DNA of 64,000 nt from IMG/VR virus record IMGVR_UViG_3300048599_000194, positions 64,001 to 128,000 of that record; one strand, 5' to 3'. The translations under genes and the position numbers were made by a program. Below, piece by piece: positions 28,450-37,327 of the stretch; within the stretch, counting starts at the first letter, position 1; every line of letters begins with the position of its first letter. The stretch is from a virus. Its lineage: Duplodnaviria > Heunggongvirae > Uroviricota > Caudoviricetes. The notes beneath the pieces are model-generated. The model was given only the letters and a program-made list of their open reading frames with translations. It ran no database searches and was not told the origin of the DNA.

Positions 28450-29581
28450 TTTCAGAACCTCTTTTGTTATTTAGCGTAGCTTCTATTTTGTACTTATAAG
28501 CCGATGCCATTCTTGCAGTTCTATCCCCTAATTGCTCTTTTTCTTTTTCTGATGATGCATATTTCTTGAAGTCATTTTGGATTTTATTGAAATCACTGAC
28601 AGTGTTTATTTGTCCGTTTTTGATTCCTTCTCGCAACGAATTTAATCTCTCTTTAATTTGTTCTTGATTTAGATTTAATTTTGTTAGATTTTGTGAGTAA
28701 TCATTAATGAATTTATTTCTTATTGATTCTACATTAATTGTCTTATTGATAATTGCATCAATCGCAGTCATAATCTCAACTACTTGTTTAATTTCAACAG
28801 TATTACCAACTGGGACTGCAATTGTTTTAGTAGTCTTCTTCCCTTCGCCATTGACAACTTTCATTTCCTCTATAATACCGCGCCTAAATGTAGTTAATAA
28901 TTGAGGTAATGAATTAAAGACACCCGAGCTACGTCCAATTGAATCTACCAAGTTGCCAGAATCCTTGAAGAAATCGTCTTGAGTCTTATTAAATTCTCCA
29001 TGCTTATCTAGGATATAGAAGTTTTCAGGCACTAATTCAGATGGTTCTAATTGAAATACATTGTCAATGTCAATATTATTATAGGCCCCATTAATAGCCA
29101 ACACGCCTGACTTATCGTTGAATAATCCCTTTTTCATAAGAGATTCCATCCACTCAACAATATTTTTATCGTATTTGATTATATAGTATGCAAAGAATCT
29201 ATATATCGTATTGATCTTTCGTTTAATGGCGTCATCTCTAACTTTAGAGTTTTCTTTGCTTTTTCCTTTATTTGCATTATATTCGTCTGATACTTCATCG
29301 GCCAATTCATCGAATAAGTCATATATTCGCCCTTGATATTCTTTAATTGTGTCTAAATCTTCATTATCTCCTATGTTATATCTAATGAAATTTATCACAT
29401 TGGCATATAGTTTATCCCTGAGATTTATGCGTTTTACGACTACACTAGGATCCACTTTCTTCGCCGCAATCTGCTCCATTTTGTCAATATCTCCAATCGG
29501 AGATTCTTGTGGAGTATCTTCATACATATCGGACTCGGTGTCCTGATTTTCGAATAAACGACCATTAAACCAAACTTGCAT
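28442..29581 (-). CDS. Hypothetical head-associated protein
   Basis: 379 aa; TAAATA 5 nt upstream; N-terminal LFEN cleavage-like motif. Confidence 0.7.
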   Translation of the reverse strand: MQVWFNGRLFENQDTESDMYEDTPQESPIGDIDKMEQIAAKKVDPSVVVKRINLRDKLYANVINFIRYNIGDNEDLDTIKEYQGRIYDLFDELADEVSDEYNANKGKSKENSKVRDDAIKRKINTIYRFFAYYIIKYDKNIVEWMESLMKKGLFNDKSGVLAINGAYNNIDIDNVFQLEPSELVPENFYILDKHGEFNKTQDDFFKDSGNLVDSIGRSSGVFNSLPQLLTTFRRGIIEEMKVVNGEGKKTTKTIAVPVGNTVEIKQVVEIMTAIDAIINKTINVESIRNKFINDYSQNLTKLNLNQEQIKERLNSLREGIKNGQINTVSDFNKIQNDFKKYASSEKEKEQLGDRTARMASAYKYKIEATLNNKRGSENV

Positions 29582-29589
29582 CTGTATAT

Positions 29590-31380
29590 TTAGATTTTAT
29601 CTGGTTGTATCATCTCATTTACGGTAGAATTCAATCCAGCGGCCAATCTCTTACCTAACACTGTAATATCTAATATGCCTTTTGATTTGGACGTGTCAAC
29701 TGCCATAGGAGGCGTTATCATTTCGTTATAGTTTTTATTTCGATGTATTGCTTCTGCAATTGAATCTGCACTATATAATGCTTTAGCTGGATTAATGTCT
29801 ATTGATGAAATGGGTCCGAATTCATTCACTCCATTTCCATTACCACTTAATGATGCGGACGTGTTAGATATTTCAGCACCAGCGCCATTTGCAAGAGCAA
29901 TTGGATTACTAGAATCTATGTCTGAGTCAACGTCTGTAATATCAATCAAATCAAAATCTGACGAATCCGGCATATAGTCTATTGGTAAAGCATACTCAAG
30001 GTCGAATGGGAATGAAATTAAATCATTAAACATGTCATAACAAGTCAAACTATAATTTCCATCTTCATCTCCAACAATGGAAAATGACGACGATTGAGTT
30101 AAATACGGAACGCCATTGTCGTCATATGCGATTGAATTACCAGATTCGTTTTGTATTCTATAAAACAATACTGAATTACTAGTGTCTGCACTTAATCTAT
30201 TGAGTATAATTGTCTGTTGTAATGAATATGGGTTCGATTTAGCCCATTCAAATAGGCTTTCGACTTTATATTTTTTTGAAGTGTTTATATTAACTTTTAG
30301 GTTATATAGTGTAATAAAATCTTCTTCCATTATTTCTAGAACCGTGGATAGATACTTTATTATTTCTGGGGAGCTTGATCCACCTGTCAAATCTACAACC
30401 AGATCCCATAGATTTGAAACTCCGAGAGAATTTTTAGCTTCTTCAATTGTGATCGATTCAACATTGTCAATAAGATCTAAAATATCTTGATTTCCGTCAG
30501 AAACAAAACTAGTATTGAGAAATTCTTGTCGCAACTTCCAAACTTCATTCGGCATCATATTTGGATGGTATTCCCATGACGTGAAGTTAGAATACGTGGA
30601 AAATAGTCCACCCCAGAACACTGTATCGTAGCTACCAATGTATTCTTCTTTGAGGGTAACCGAATCCTTCTTCATAGCTGTTTTTAGGTCAGGATATATC
30701 CCATATATTTTAATATTTACACCAGTTCTCGTTTTATGTGAACTGAACCATGTTTGGGCATTCTCTATGAATACTCTTGCTGAATTATCAGTGAAGTTTA
30801 TTGGTTTCTTTACATACGTCACAGTTCCACTTGTTTCACTGATTTGATCTTCTTCTAGATAATAAACATTAATTGAAAGAGCCTTTTTATATTGACTCCA
30901 ACTTAATCCATTTTCTTTATATTCTGTACCTGTTATTATATTTTGTTGCACGTACCAAGATCTTACCGTTGAACATATATCATATCCATATTTACGACCG
31001 TCGTTTGCACCGCCATTCACGCACCATTGATCTATAAATGCGACAATACATTCAGCAAACGGTCTAAAATCATCATCTAGTTTTGAAATTTTTCGAGAAA
31101 GTTCTCCGTATATTTTAGGGTAATAGGTTAATTTAGAATAATCAACTGTAGTGCCAGAGATGAACGCATTGGCACCATACATTTCAGATAAATCTGAATT
31201 ATCAGTTGATTGTATTGTATCAATGGCTGAAATTATTTTTCTTTGTAGAGAAGATAATGAACACGGAAAATCCGTAATATCCTGCAATGCAGATGGACTC
31301 TCATCAAAATTGAAATAAGAGTCTATTATATCTGTTGCATTATCTACTATATTCCCTTCGGAATTAAGCAACTCCATCAA
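29590..31380 (-). CDS. Virion protein with a degenerate M15-peptidase-like domain
   Basis: KLDDDFRPF...VRSWYVQ...SWSQYKKALSI...WGGLF...WEYHP parallels the M15 L-Ala-D-Glu peptidase scaffold but lacks the Zn ligands. Confidence 0.5.
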   Translation of the reverse strand: MMELLNSEGNIVDNATDIIDSYFNFDESPSALQDITDFPCSLSSLQRKIISAIDTIQSTDNSDLSEMYGANAFISGTTVDYSKLTYYPKIYGELSRKISKLDDDFRPFAECIVAFIDQWCVNGGANDGRKYGYDICSTVRSWYVQQNIITGTEYKENGLSWSQYKKALSINVYYLEEDQISETSGTVTYVKKPINFTDNSARVFIENAQTWFSSHKTRTGVNIKIYGIYPDLKTAMKKDSVTLKEEYIGSYDTVFWGGLFSTYSNFTSWEYHPNMMPNEVWKLRQEFLNTSFVSDGNQDILDLIDNVESITIEEAKNSLGVSNLWDLVVDLTGGSSSPEIIKYLSTVLEIMEEDFITLYNLKVNINTSKKYKVESLFEWAKSNPYSLQQTIILNRLSADTSNSVLFYRIQNESGNSIAYDDNGVPYLTQSSSFSIVGDEDGNYSLTCYDMFNDLISFPFDLEYALPIDYMPDSSDFDLIDITDVDSDIDSSNPIALANGAGAEISNTSASLSGNGNGVNEFGPISSIDINPAKALYSADSIAEAIHRNKNYNEMITPPMAVDTSKSKGILDITVLGKRLAAGLNSTVNEMIQPDKI

Positions 31381-31906
31381 AATCTGTATTCTTTCTTAGT
31401 GAATTAACAAGTTCCTGAACGAATGTATAAAATGAGCTATATGCCTCTATCTGATCTAGTGCAGTTAAGTCTTCTAATTTAGTCCAGATCGTACCCTTAA
31501 CTTTCTCAAAGTCTTCGGGGGATATGTCATTCAATCCGGTGATGTCGAATAAAGTTGTCACATATCCAATTGCATTTTCTGAATCTTTGATGATGGATCC
31601 GGTTATTATATTACATAATCCTTTAATAGCCGGATCTCTACGATTTGTCAAGTCGTTGATTGCGTCATACGATCCAGATTCATCTCGTCCCAGGAATGAA
31701 TAAGCATTAGTATCTACATCTTGTTCATTATTTTGTTTGACCTTAGAGAACACATCATCTTCAGTCATTTGAGCTGGATCTTTCTTCCCCTCAGTTCCAT
31801 CTTCATTAGCTTTTTCAGTTTCATCAAATTCATCAGCCTCAGTGAGAAGTCTATTGAATTCAGCTAGGTTAGATTCATGAAACACTGGATACATTGGATT
31901 GTTCAT
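31364..31906 (-). CDS. Hypothetical acidic internal head protein
   Basis: TAAATA 6 nt upstream; FHES and LTEA cleavage-like motifs. Confidence 0.65.
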   Translation of the reverse strand: MNNPMYPVFHESNLAEFNRLLTEADEFDETEKANEDGTEGKKDPAQMTEDDVFSKVKQNNEQDVDTNAYSFLGRDESGSYDAINDLTNRRDPAIKGLCNIITGSIIKDSENAIGYVTTLFDITGLNDISPEDFEKVKGTIWTKLEDLTALDQIEAYSSFYTFVQELVNSLRKNTDFDGVA

Positions 31907-31924
31907 GTAGATTATTTAGATAAC

Positions 31925-31953
31925 AAAAAAGCCCGACTAGATGTCGAGCTTTT
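31925..31953 (-). terminator. Rho-independent terminator
   Basis: AGCTCGAC-ATCTA-GTCGGGCT followed by TTTTTG on the minus strand. Confidence 0.8.
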
Positions 31954-31977
31954 AAGGAGTGTATTTTAACTAATCAA

Positions 31978-33462
31978 TTACGATTGCATAGATTTCTTAG
32001 CATTCTTAATTGCCTCTGCGGCTTCCTTCAAGAAGGATACTGCAGATTTTCCTGAACCTTCGTTCAGGGTTGCGGCTACTAGGTTAGCGGCTTCTTCCTT
32101 AGAAACTTCTGGTTTCTTTGTAATTGGAGCCGAATTGCCTTTTGGAGCGGCAGGGGTCTGGTACTGAGTTCCCTCAGGAGCCTTACTCTTAGGATCCGCA
32201 GTCTTCTGTTCACCCTTATTTGTAGGCTTAGATAGATCAGTCACATTACCCGATTCATCCTTAGGTGCTTCGTACTGAGTTCCTTCTGGAGCCTTACCCT
32301 TAGGATCGGCAGTCTTCTGCTCGCCCTTATTTGCAGGCTTAGATAATACGATTGCATTTCCAGATAGATTCTTCCAAAGATCGGCAAATGACTTCTCTCC
32401 ATTTGCACTCTCAGTGAGTAATTTTCCTACGAGTTCCTTGAATGCTCCAACTGTGAGTGGAGTATCGTCTGAAATTCCAACTTCACCTGCCTCACCACCT
32501 TCAACAGCCCCAGCCACTGCGCCTGGGAGATCATCGGCATCACCATCACCGCCACCCACTACAGGGGCCATGTCTCCAGCAATAGGTTCACTAATTGGAG
32601 TTACACCTGGATCATCGTCGTCAATAACCTGAATCACTTCATCGGGTTCCACTTCAACTACACCGTTCTGATCACATTCTGCACAAATTCCCTCTTGCAT
32701 TAGATCATTAGGGGAAACTTCAGTTCCTTCAGATCCTTCGCCAGCGGCATCACCACCGTCTGAACTTTCCTGTAAGGCATTCTTATTCTCATCTCCTTCA
32801 CCCTCACCTGCGCCTTTTCCGCCTTCTCCAGCTTCTCCAGCACCTTCGCCTTCTCCAGCTTCTCCAGCACCTTCGCCTTCTCCAGCGCCTTCTCCAGTGC
32901 CTTCGCCTTCTCCAGCGCCTTCTCCAGCTTCTCCACCTTCAGTGCCTAAATCATCAACATTTTCTGGCATTGTTCCATCATTTTCAACTGTAATTCCAAG
33001 AAGTTCATTAATGAATTTCTTGATGGCTTCAATCAAACCAACTCTATACTTCTGCTTTTCTACAGGTCCACCAAGATTAGCTTCTTCTGCCTCACTTAGA
33101 TATGAAGTTTCATTTGCCACTTCATTAACGATCATTTCAAGTGCTGGTTCAGAAATGGATTCCTTATCTTGAATTTCATCTAGAACTTCAGTGAGTCTCT
33201 TCTTAACGGATTCCTTCTGTTCGTGACTTAATTCAATGTCATCTGCAGAGAAGGAGGGTCCATTTTCAGCAGGCATGTCTTCAGGAACATCTACTGTATC
33301 AAATAGATCATCTGGATTAAAAGAATCGTCAGAGGTAGGCTTCTCTTGCTCCTCACCCTCGACTGTTGGGGTCTTTAGAGACGCATTATATTCGCCAGCA
33401 TAGGCTTCGCATAGGGCGATAATATCCTGCTCTCCTTTTAATTTGTTCATGAAAGAATTCAT
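31978..33462 (-). CDS. Highly acidic, low-complexity prohead core/internal protein
   Basis: E/G/A-rich; late promoter plus SD AAGGAG; own terminator; motifs LCEA, LSEA, LQES, LTES, LNEG. Confidence 0.7.
   Translation of the reverse strand: MNSFMNKLKGEQDIIALCEAYAGEYNASLKTPTVEGEEQEKPTSDDSFNPDDLFDTVDVPEDMPAENGPSFSADDIELSHEQKESVKKRLTEVLDEIQDKESISEPALEMIVNEVANETSYLSEAEEANLGGPVEKQKYRVGLIEAIKKFINELLGITVENDGTMPENVDDLGTEGGEAGEGAGEGEGTGEGAGEGEGAGEAGEGEGAGEAGEGGKGAGEGEGDENKNALQESSDGGDAAGEGSEGTEVSPNDLMQEGICAECDQNGVVEVEPDEVIQVIDDDDPGVTPISEPIAGDMAPVVGGGDGDADDLPGAVAGAVEGGEAGEVGISDDTPLTVGAFKELVGKLLTESANGEKSFADLWKNLSGNAIVLSKPANKGEQKTADPKGKAPEGTQYEAPKDESGNVTDLSKPTNKGEQKTADPKSKAPEGTQYQTPAAPKGNSAPITKKPEVSKEEAANLVAATLNEGSGKSAVSFLKEAAEAIKNAKKSMQS
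32161..32346 (-). repeat. Internal duplication (~75 nt, 111-nt period) encoding LSKP(A/T)NKGEQKTADPK(G/S)KAPEGTQY
   Basis: Copies at about 32161-32237 and 32272-32346. Confidence 0.9.
32790..32940 (-). repeat. Coding minisatellite (GEG/AGE repeats)
   Basis: Repeated ccttctccag/ccttcg units encoding GEGAGEGEGAGEAGEG. Confidence 0.9.
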
Positions 33463-33520
33463 ATTCAGTTTACTCCTTGTTCTTTATTTAGTGAAGTTTT
33501 TCGGTAAGTTGTAAAAAGTG

Positions 33521-34138
33521 TTAAGTCAACAAGGTATTATTAATTGTTTCTTCAATATCATGTGGATCTCGTATTATACGACATCTATTATATTTGAAGG
33601 TGGCAGTTGACTTTAATTCATCAGCAGATGCAAAATTCATTGTAATTGAACCAACACCCACGCAAAAAACTTGTTCATATCTAATTATTGCAGTCGGCCA
33701 ATTCATATTATTAACTACCCAAACGTCTATAAAATCACACCAAGCGCGTTGCGCATCCCATATTTCATTTTGTGATCGTACTTCATTACTGTCTAATCTG
33801 TCTTCCGTGCTACGATACAGATCTACCCATTTCCTTAAAAGTCCATAATTATTCAAGTATTCATCGACAATAAATTCAACAGTAAAGTCTTCATTGTCAT
33901 TTACTTCTGAATTTGGTACATGTATTTCAAAACCCATAAATTTACTTTTATCAAAACCTGCAGTCGCTCCAGACCAAATGAATGAAGAAATATTATACTC
34001 AAGACATTGATTGTTTAGTGTATCTGATTTTGGTAGGTATATTGGCAATGGACCGAACACCATCTTAGAACAACCCTGTAGGAGTCTATTCAATACTTTT
34101 TCTTGATATGGCCCTCGTGGTACTTTTACTTTATCCAT
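33521..34138 (-). CDS. gp3: Tail completion / tube terminator protein
   Basis: EDFTVEFIVDEYLNNY..L.KW and C-terminal ATFKYN resemble T4 gp3 (L.V.FIVDE.L..W...Y.WM). Confidence 0.7.
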   Translation of the reverse strand: MDKVKVPRGPYQEKVLNRLLQGCSKMVFGPLPIYLPKSDTLNNQCLEYNISSFIWSGATAGFDKSKFMGFEIHVPNSEVNDNEDFTVEFIVDEYLNNYGLLRKWVDLYRSTEDRLDSNEVRSQNEIWDAQRAWCDFIDVWVVNNMNWPTAIIRYEQVFCVGVGSITMNFASADELKSTATFKYNRCRIIRDPHDIEETINNTLLT

Positions 34139-34139
34139 G

Positions 34140-36611
34140 TTATCCTATGCTTTGGTAATAAGTGGTTACTTTCCATCCGAATTTAGCGGCAATATTGTCT
34201 ATTTGGATTGTTTCTGCGGCAGAGATTTCATCTACTACCGGATATACATATAATTCATGCCTTCCTGGAGTATTAGCAATGTTCTGAGATTTATCTACAG
34301 TTGCCAAATCATTTAATACGGTTGGTTCCACAACATTCAAAATTTCATTTGAAATTAACTCTTTAACCTTTGTCGAATCTTCTTGTGGTATCCAACGCTT
34401 AGCCTGCACAATTGGATTGTATTCAATATGAGAGTCAGAATATACTTTACCTTTATATGTATTGTAAGTGAATCCAACTCTAAAAGAAATATTACCCTTT
34501 AAGTTAAACTCTGCATCATTCTGTACATTATTTGACTTGTATGTATTTTTGCCATTGGCGTCAACGATACATAATAATCCTTTTATATCTGATGGCTTGT
34601 ATACAATAGGGCTCAACACACCCCTAACACTAGAATAACTAGGAAAATATAGATTATCAGATTCTATGAAATCTTCAGTCTTATTAAATCTAACATTTAG
34701 CGATTCAAATTCTTCTTTACTTAATCCATATTTCACATTAATATTTTTGAAATCAATAGTGGCGTCTCCGGTAGCAGTTGATCCGTCAATTACAGCCGAT
34801 ATTACTGGCTTCCAATAATCATATATTGAATCTTCGGATAAGTATATTTGTTTAGTAGAATCTACAGGTGAGACATTATTAAAACGGCTCGCAAGTAAAC
34901 TATCTACATAGCTAGAAGAAGAACACTTTACAGTCCAAGTCTTAATTATAGTTGAATCCTTGATGGAATACGTAGCATATAGTATCCCATTAGTATTAAT
35001 GAAACCAACCATACACTTAACTGAACTACTAAAAGTCTTAGTGAATGAAGTATCTGATTCAACACCCGCAAATGAAATTACCATATTATTTCCGATGAAT
35101 TGGACTGTAAGTCCAAGCGACGATTCAAAAATACCCAATCTGAGCGCGATGTTATTACCATTCAATGTAGAGGGGTTTAATTCATATTCGAAGACTATAC
35201 CATTATGATCAGGATTGTCTATATAGCCATTGAATTTTTGAATATTATATTGAAACGGAACATTACCATCGATTCCTTCTAAAGGATCACAATAATACTC
35301 GACCTTCGAATAGTCATACCCACCCACTTTATTTGGAATCTTAGGCTTGAAGAATGAAGATGGACGCCCATAAAAAACTGAAGATCCAACTAGACCACCA
35401 AATCGAATACAATCATTCATGGACTTTAATGTATTCTTTCTTATGAATTTTTGCTGTTGTTGCTGAAACGATAACGCCTGAGAGTCTACTCCATCGACAT
35501 CCTCTACAACTTCAGATGTAATTAGTAATTCATCATTCTTATATGTTTTTATGTACTTGTCCTCTAATATTCCATACCCTAAATACTTAGATCCTTTTAA
35601 TGAATCTAATCTAATCGCATCGTATTCACCAAAACGATTAATTATTTTCGAATTCAATTCAGCAGATGAAACAAACACTCTGTCGTCATCTGAAAGTCCA
35701 TATTTAACCTTAGTTGCATTTGGTAGATTATTTGCAGTCACATAATAGAAGTCTGTTCCGTCTATTTTAATAGAATGTGCGCGTTGATTTTCATTGTGTT
35801 CATAATCTTTCACAATAGATGGTTCAGGAACCCCATTAGAATTGTCAGATCCATCGAAGAATAATACTTCAGGCCATTTAACTTGTGAAGTATAATCGGT
35901 TGGAGTCTTGAATATTACCCTAAATTCGAATTGATCTCCATCGCGTGCATCGATTGAATCCAACACAACAAATATGGCTGGAATATCCATATCAGAAATT
36001 ACAGTAACGTCTATCGTCATGTAGTGAAATTTAACATCTTTACTAGGATTTAATTTGATAAATGCATATTTCGATTCGGTGTGGTATAGTAATTCTGTTA
36101 TTTTTTTACTAGTTGAATTATTATCTGCGTTTAAGCTAAAGCCTTCAGACATTGGCCAATATTCACCAATTTTGAATTTTTTCCAAGTCTTTGATTTTGT
36201 AGATAGTTCATTTTTTCTGATGACATCATCATATTCACCCAAAACTCCAGTTAGTGTTCCGAGGACCATTCGAGTTGTATCATTTATTGAACTTAGAGTT
36301 ACAATCTTATCGGCTAATCTTCCATTAAGAAGATCTGGAGCTTCGCCTAGACTAAAATCATCAATTACAGGATATGGAACTTTATTTGCTATACTACCAG
36401 CCTCCCCGTCAAACATGTCAGAGGAAACTGGTTCTCTATTGTATAGATACGAAGTACCTTTTTGATGGAAGTATTCAGATTGAGAAGGCGGTGTGTTCTC
36501 TATTACCGTACTACTTTTACTAGAAAGTATAATGTCAGTCAGAGCACTTACAACTTTATCGTTTAACTCCAACGATTCATTTAATGCTCTTACAAAATCA
36601 CTTATGAACAT
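34140..36611 (-). CDS. Hypothetical virion protein
   Basis: 823 aa, beta-rich; TAAATA 5 nt upstream. Confidence 0.7.
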   Translation of the reverse strand: MFISDFVRALNESLELNDKVVSALTDIILSSKSSTVIENTPPSQSEYFHQKGTSYLYNREPVSSDMFDGEAGSIANKVPYPVIDDFSLGEAPDLLNGRLADKIVTLSSINDTTRMVLGTLTGVLGEYDDVIRKNELSTKSKTWKKFKIGEYWPMSEGFSLNADNNSTSKKITELLYHTESKYAFIKLNPSKDVKFHYMTIDVTVISDMDIPAIFVVLDSIDARDGDQFEFRVIFKTPTDYTSQVKWPEVLFFDGSDNSNGVPEPSIVKDYEHNENQRAHSIKIDGTDFYYVTANNLPNATKVKYGLSDDDRVFVSSAELNSKIINRFGEYDAIRLDSLKGSKYLGYGILEDKYIKTYKNDELLITSEVVEDVDGVDSQALSFQQQQQKFIRKNTLKSMNDCIRFGGLVGSSVFYGRPSSFFKPKIPNKVGGYDYSKVEYYCDPLEGIDGNVPFQYNIQKFNGYIDNPDHNGIVFEYELNPSTLNGNNIALRLGIFESSLGLTVQFIGNNMVISFAGVESDTSFTKTFSSSVKCMVGFINTNGILYATYSIKDSTIIKTWTVKCSSSSYVDSLLASRFNNVSPVDSTKQIYLSEDSIYDYWKPVISAVIDGSTATGDATIDFKNINVKYGLSKEEFESLNVRFNKTEDFIESDNLYFPSYSSVRGVLSPIVYKPSDIKGLLCIVDANGKNTYKSNNVQNDAEFNLKGNISFRVGFTYNTYKGKVYSDSHIEYNPIVQAKRWIPQEDSTKVKELISNEILNVVEPTVLNDLATVDKSQNIANTPGRHELYVYPVVDEISAAETIQIDNIAAKFGWKVTTYYQSIG

Positions 36612-36622
36612 TCAATTATTTA

Positions 36623-37327
36623 TTATGCACTTGGATCTATGAAATTAGGTGAGTATTTGAACGAAGATGACCCATCGTACTTATACGATGGCATTGCATA
36701 ATAATCAAATACTCTCCAATCAAGCACTAAATTCTCGTCAGGTACATATTTTAGAGTAACCTTATATGTTATGTTGACATTAGATTGTGTTGGCGTTGAA
36801 GTGTCAAACACTGTTGAGGTTGGAGTGTTTTTAAGCCCACATACCTTAATTCCGGCTACATTGTAGAACTCAACAAGGTCACTATCACTAGATTTGAAGG
36901 GAGTTTGAATGGTTACTATAAATTCAAAGGTATCACATTCAGTCGCTTCTGCCAGATTGAACTTAATAACCCCATTAATGTCCTTATCGCCGTCATATTT
37001 CAATATATTAATGTCAGGGGATGTCTTTTTCACCATCGAAACAATTGAATGTAATTCAGTGTTTGTTTTATATGATCCCCAGTTTTTAACAACTTTAGAC
37101 CCAGATACAGCCGCCGCTTGTTCTGAAATGTAGTCAGTTGCATGTTTTTTAGTTGGAATATTGAATGTTTCGAAGAATGGATAATTAGGAACTCGCAAAG
37201 TAACTGGTATTGTATCGGCGTTATCTACGGTGTTCCATAGGTATAGCTTATATAGTAACTCACGAGTATTTTCGTTAAGTGTTTCAATTTTATCAGCCAG
37301 ATCCTCTAATGTTGTATACATTAACAA
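36623..37327 (-). CDS. Hypothetical baseplate/tail protein
   Basis: 234 aa; N-terminus resembles that of the adjacent 1152-aa ORF. Confidence 0.65.
   Translation of the reverse strand: MLMYTTLEDLADKIETLNENTRELLYKLYLWNTVDNADTIPVTLRVPNYPFFETFNIPTKKHATDYISEQAAAVSGSKVVKNWGSYKTNTELHSIVSMVKKTSPDINILKYDGDKDINGVIKFNLAEATECDTFEFIVTIQTPFKSSDSDLVEFYNVAGIKVCGLKNTPTSTVFDTSTPTQSNVNITYKVTLKYVPDENLVLDWRVFDYYAMPSYKYDGSSSFKYSPNFIDPSA

Noticed and set aside
32700-32936. Alternative-frame ORF with EKLEKAK repeats
   Set aside because: By-product of the GEG/AGE coding minisatellite
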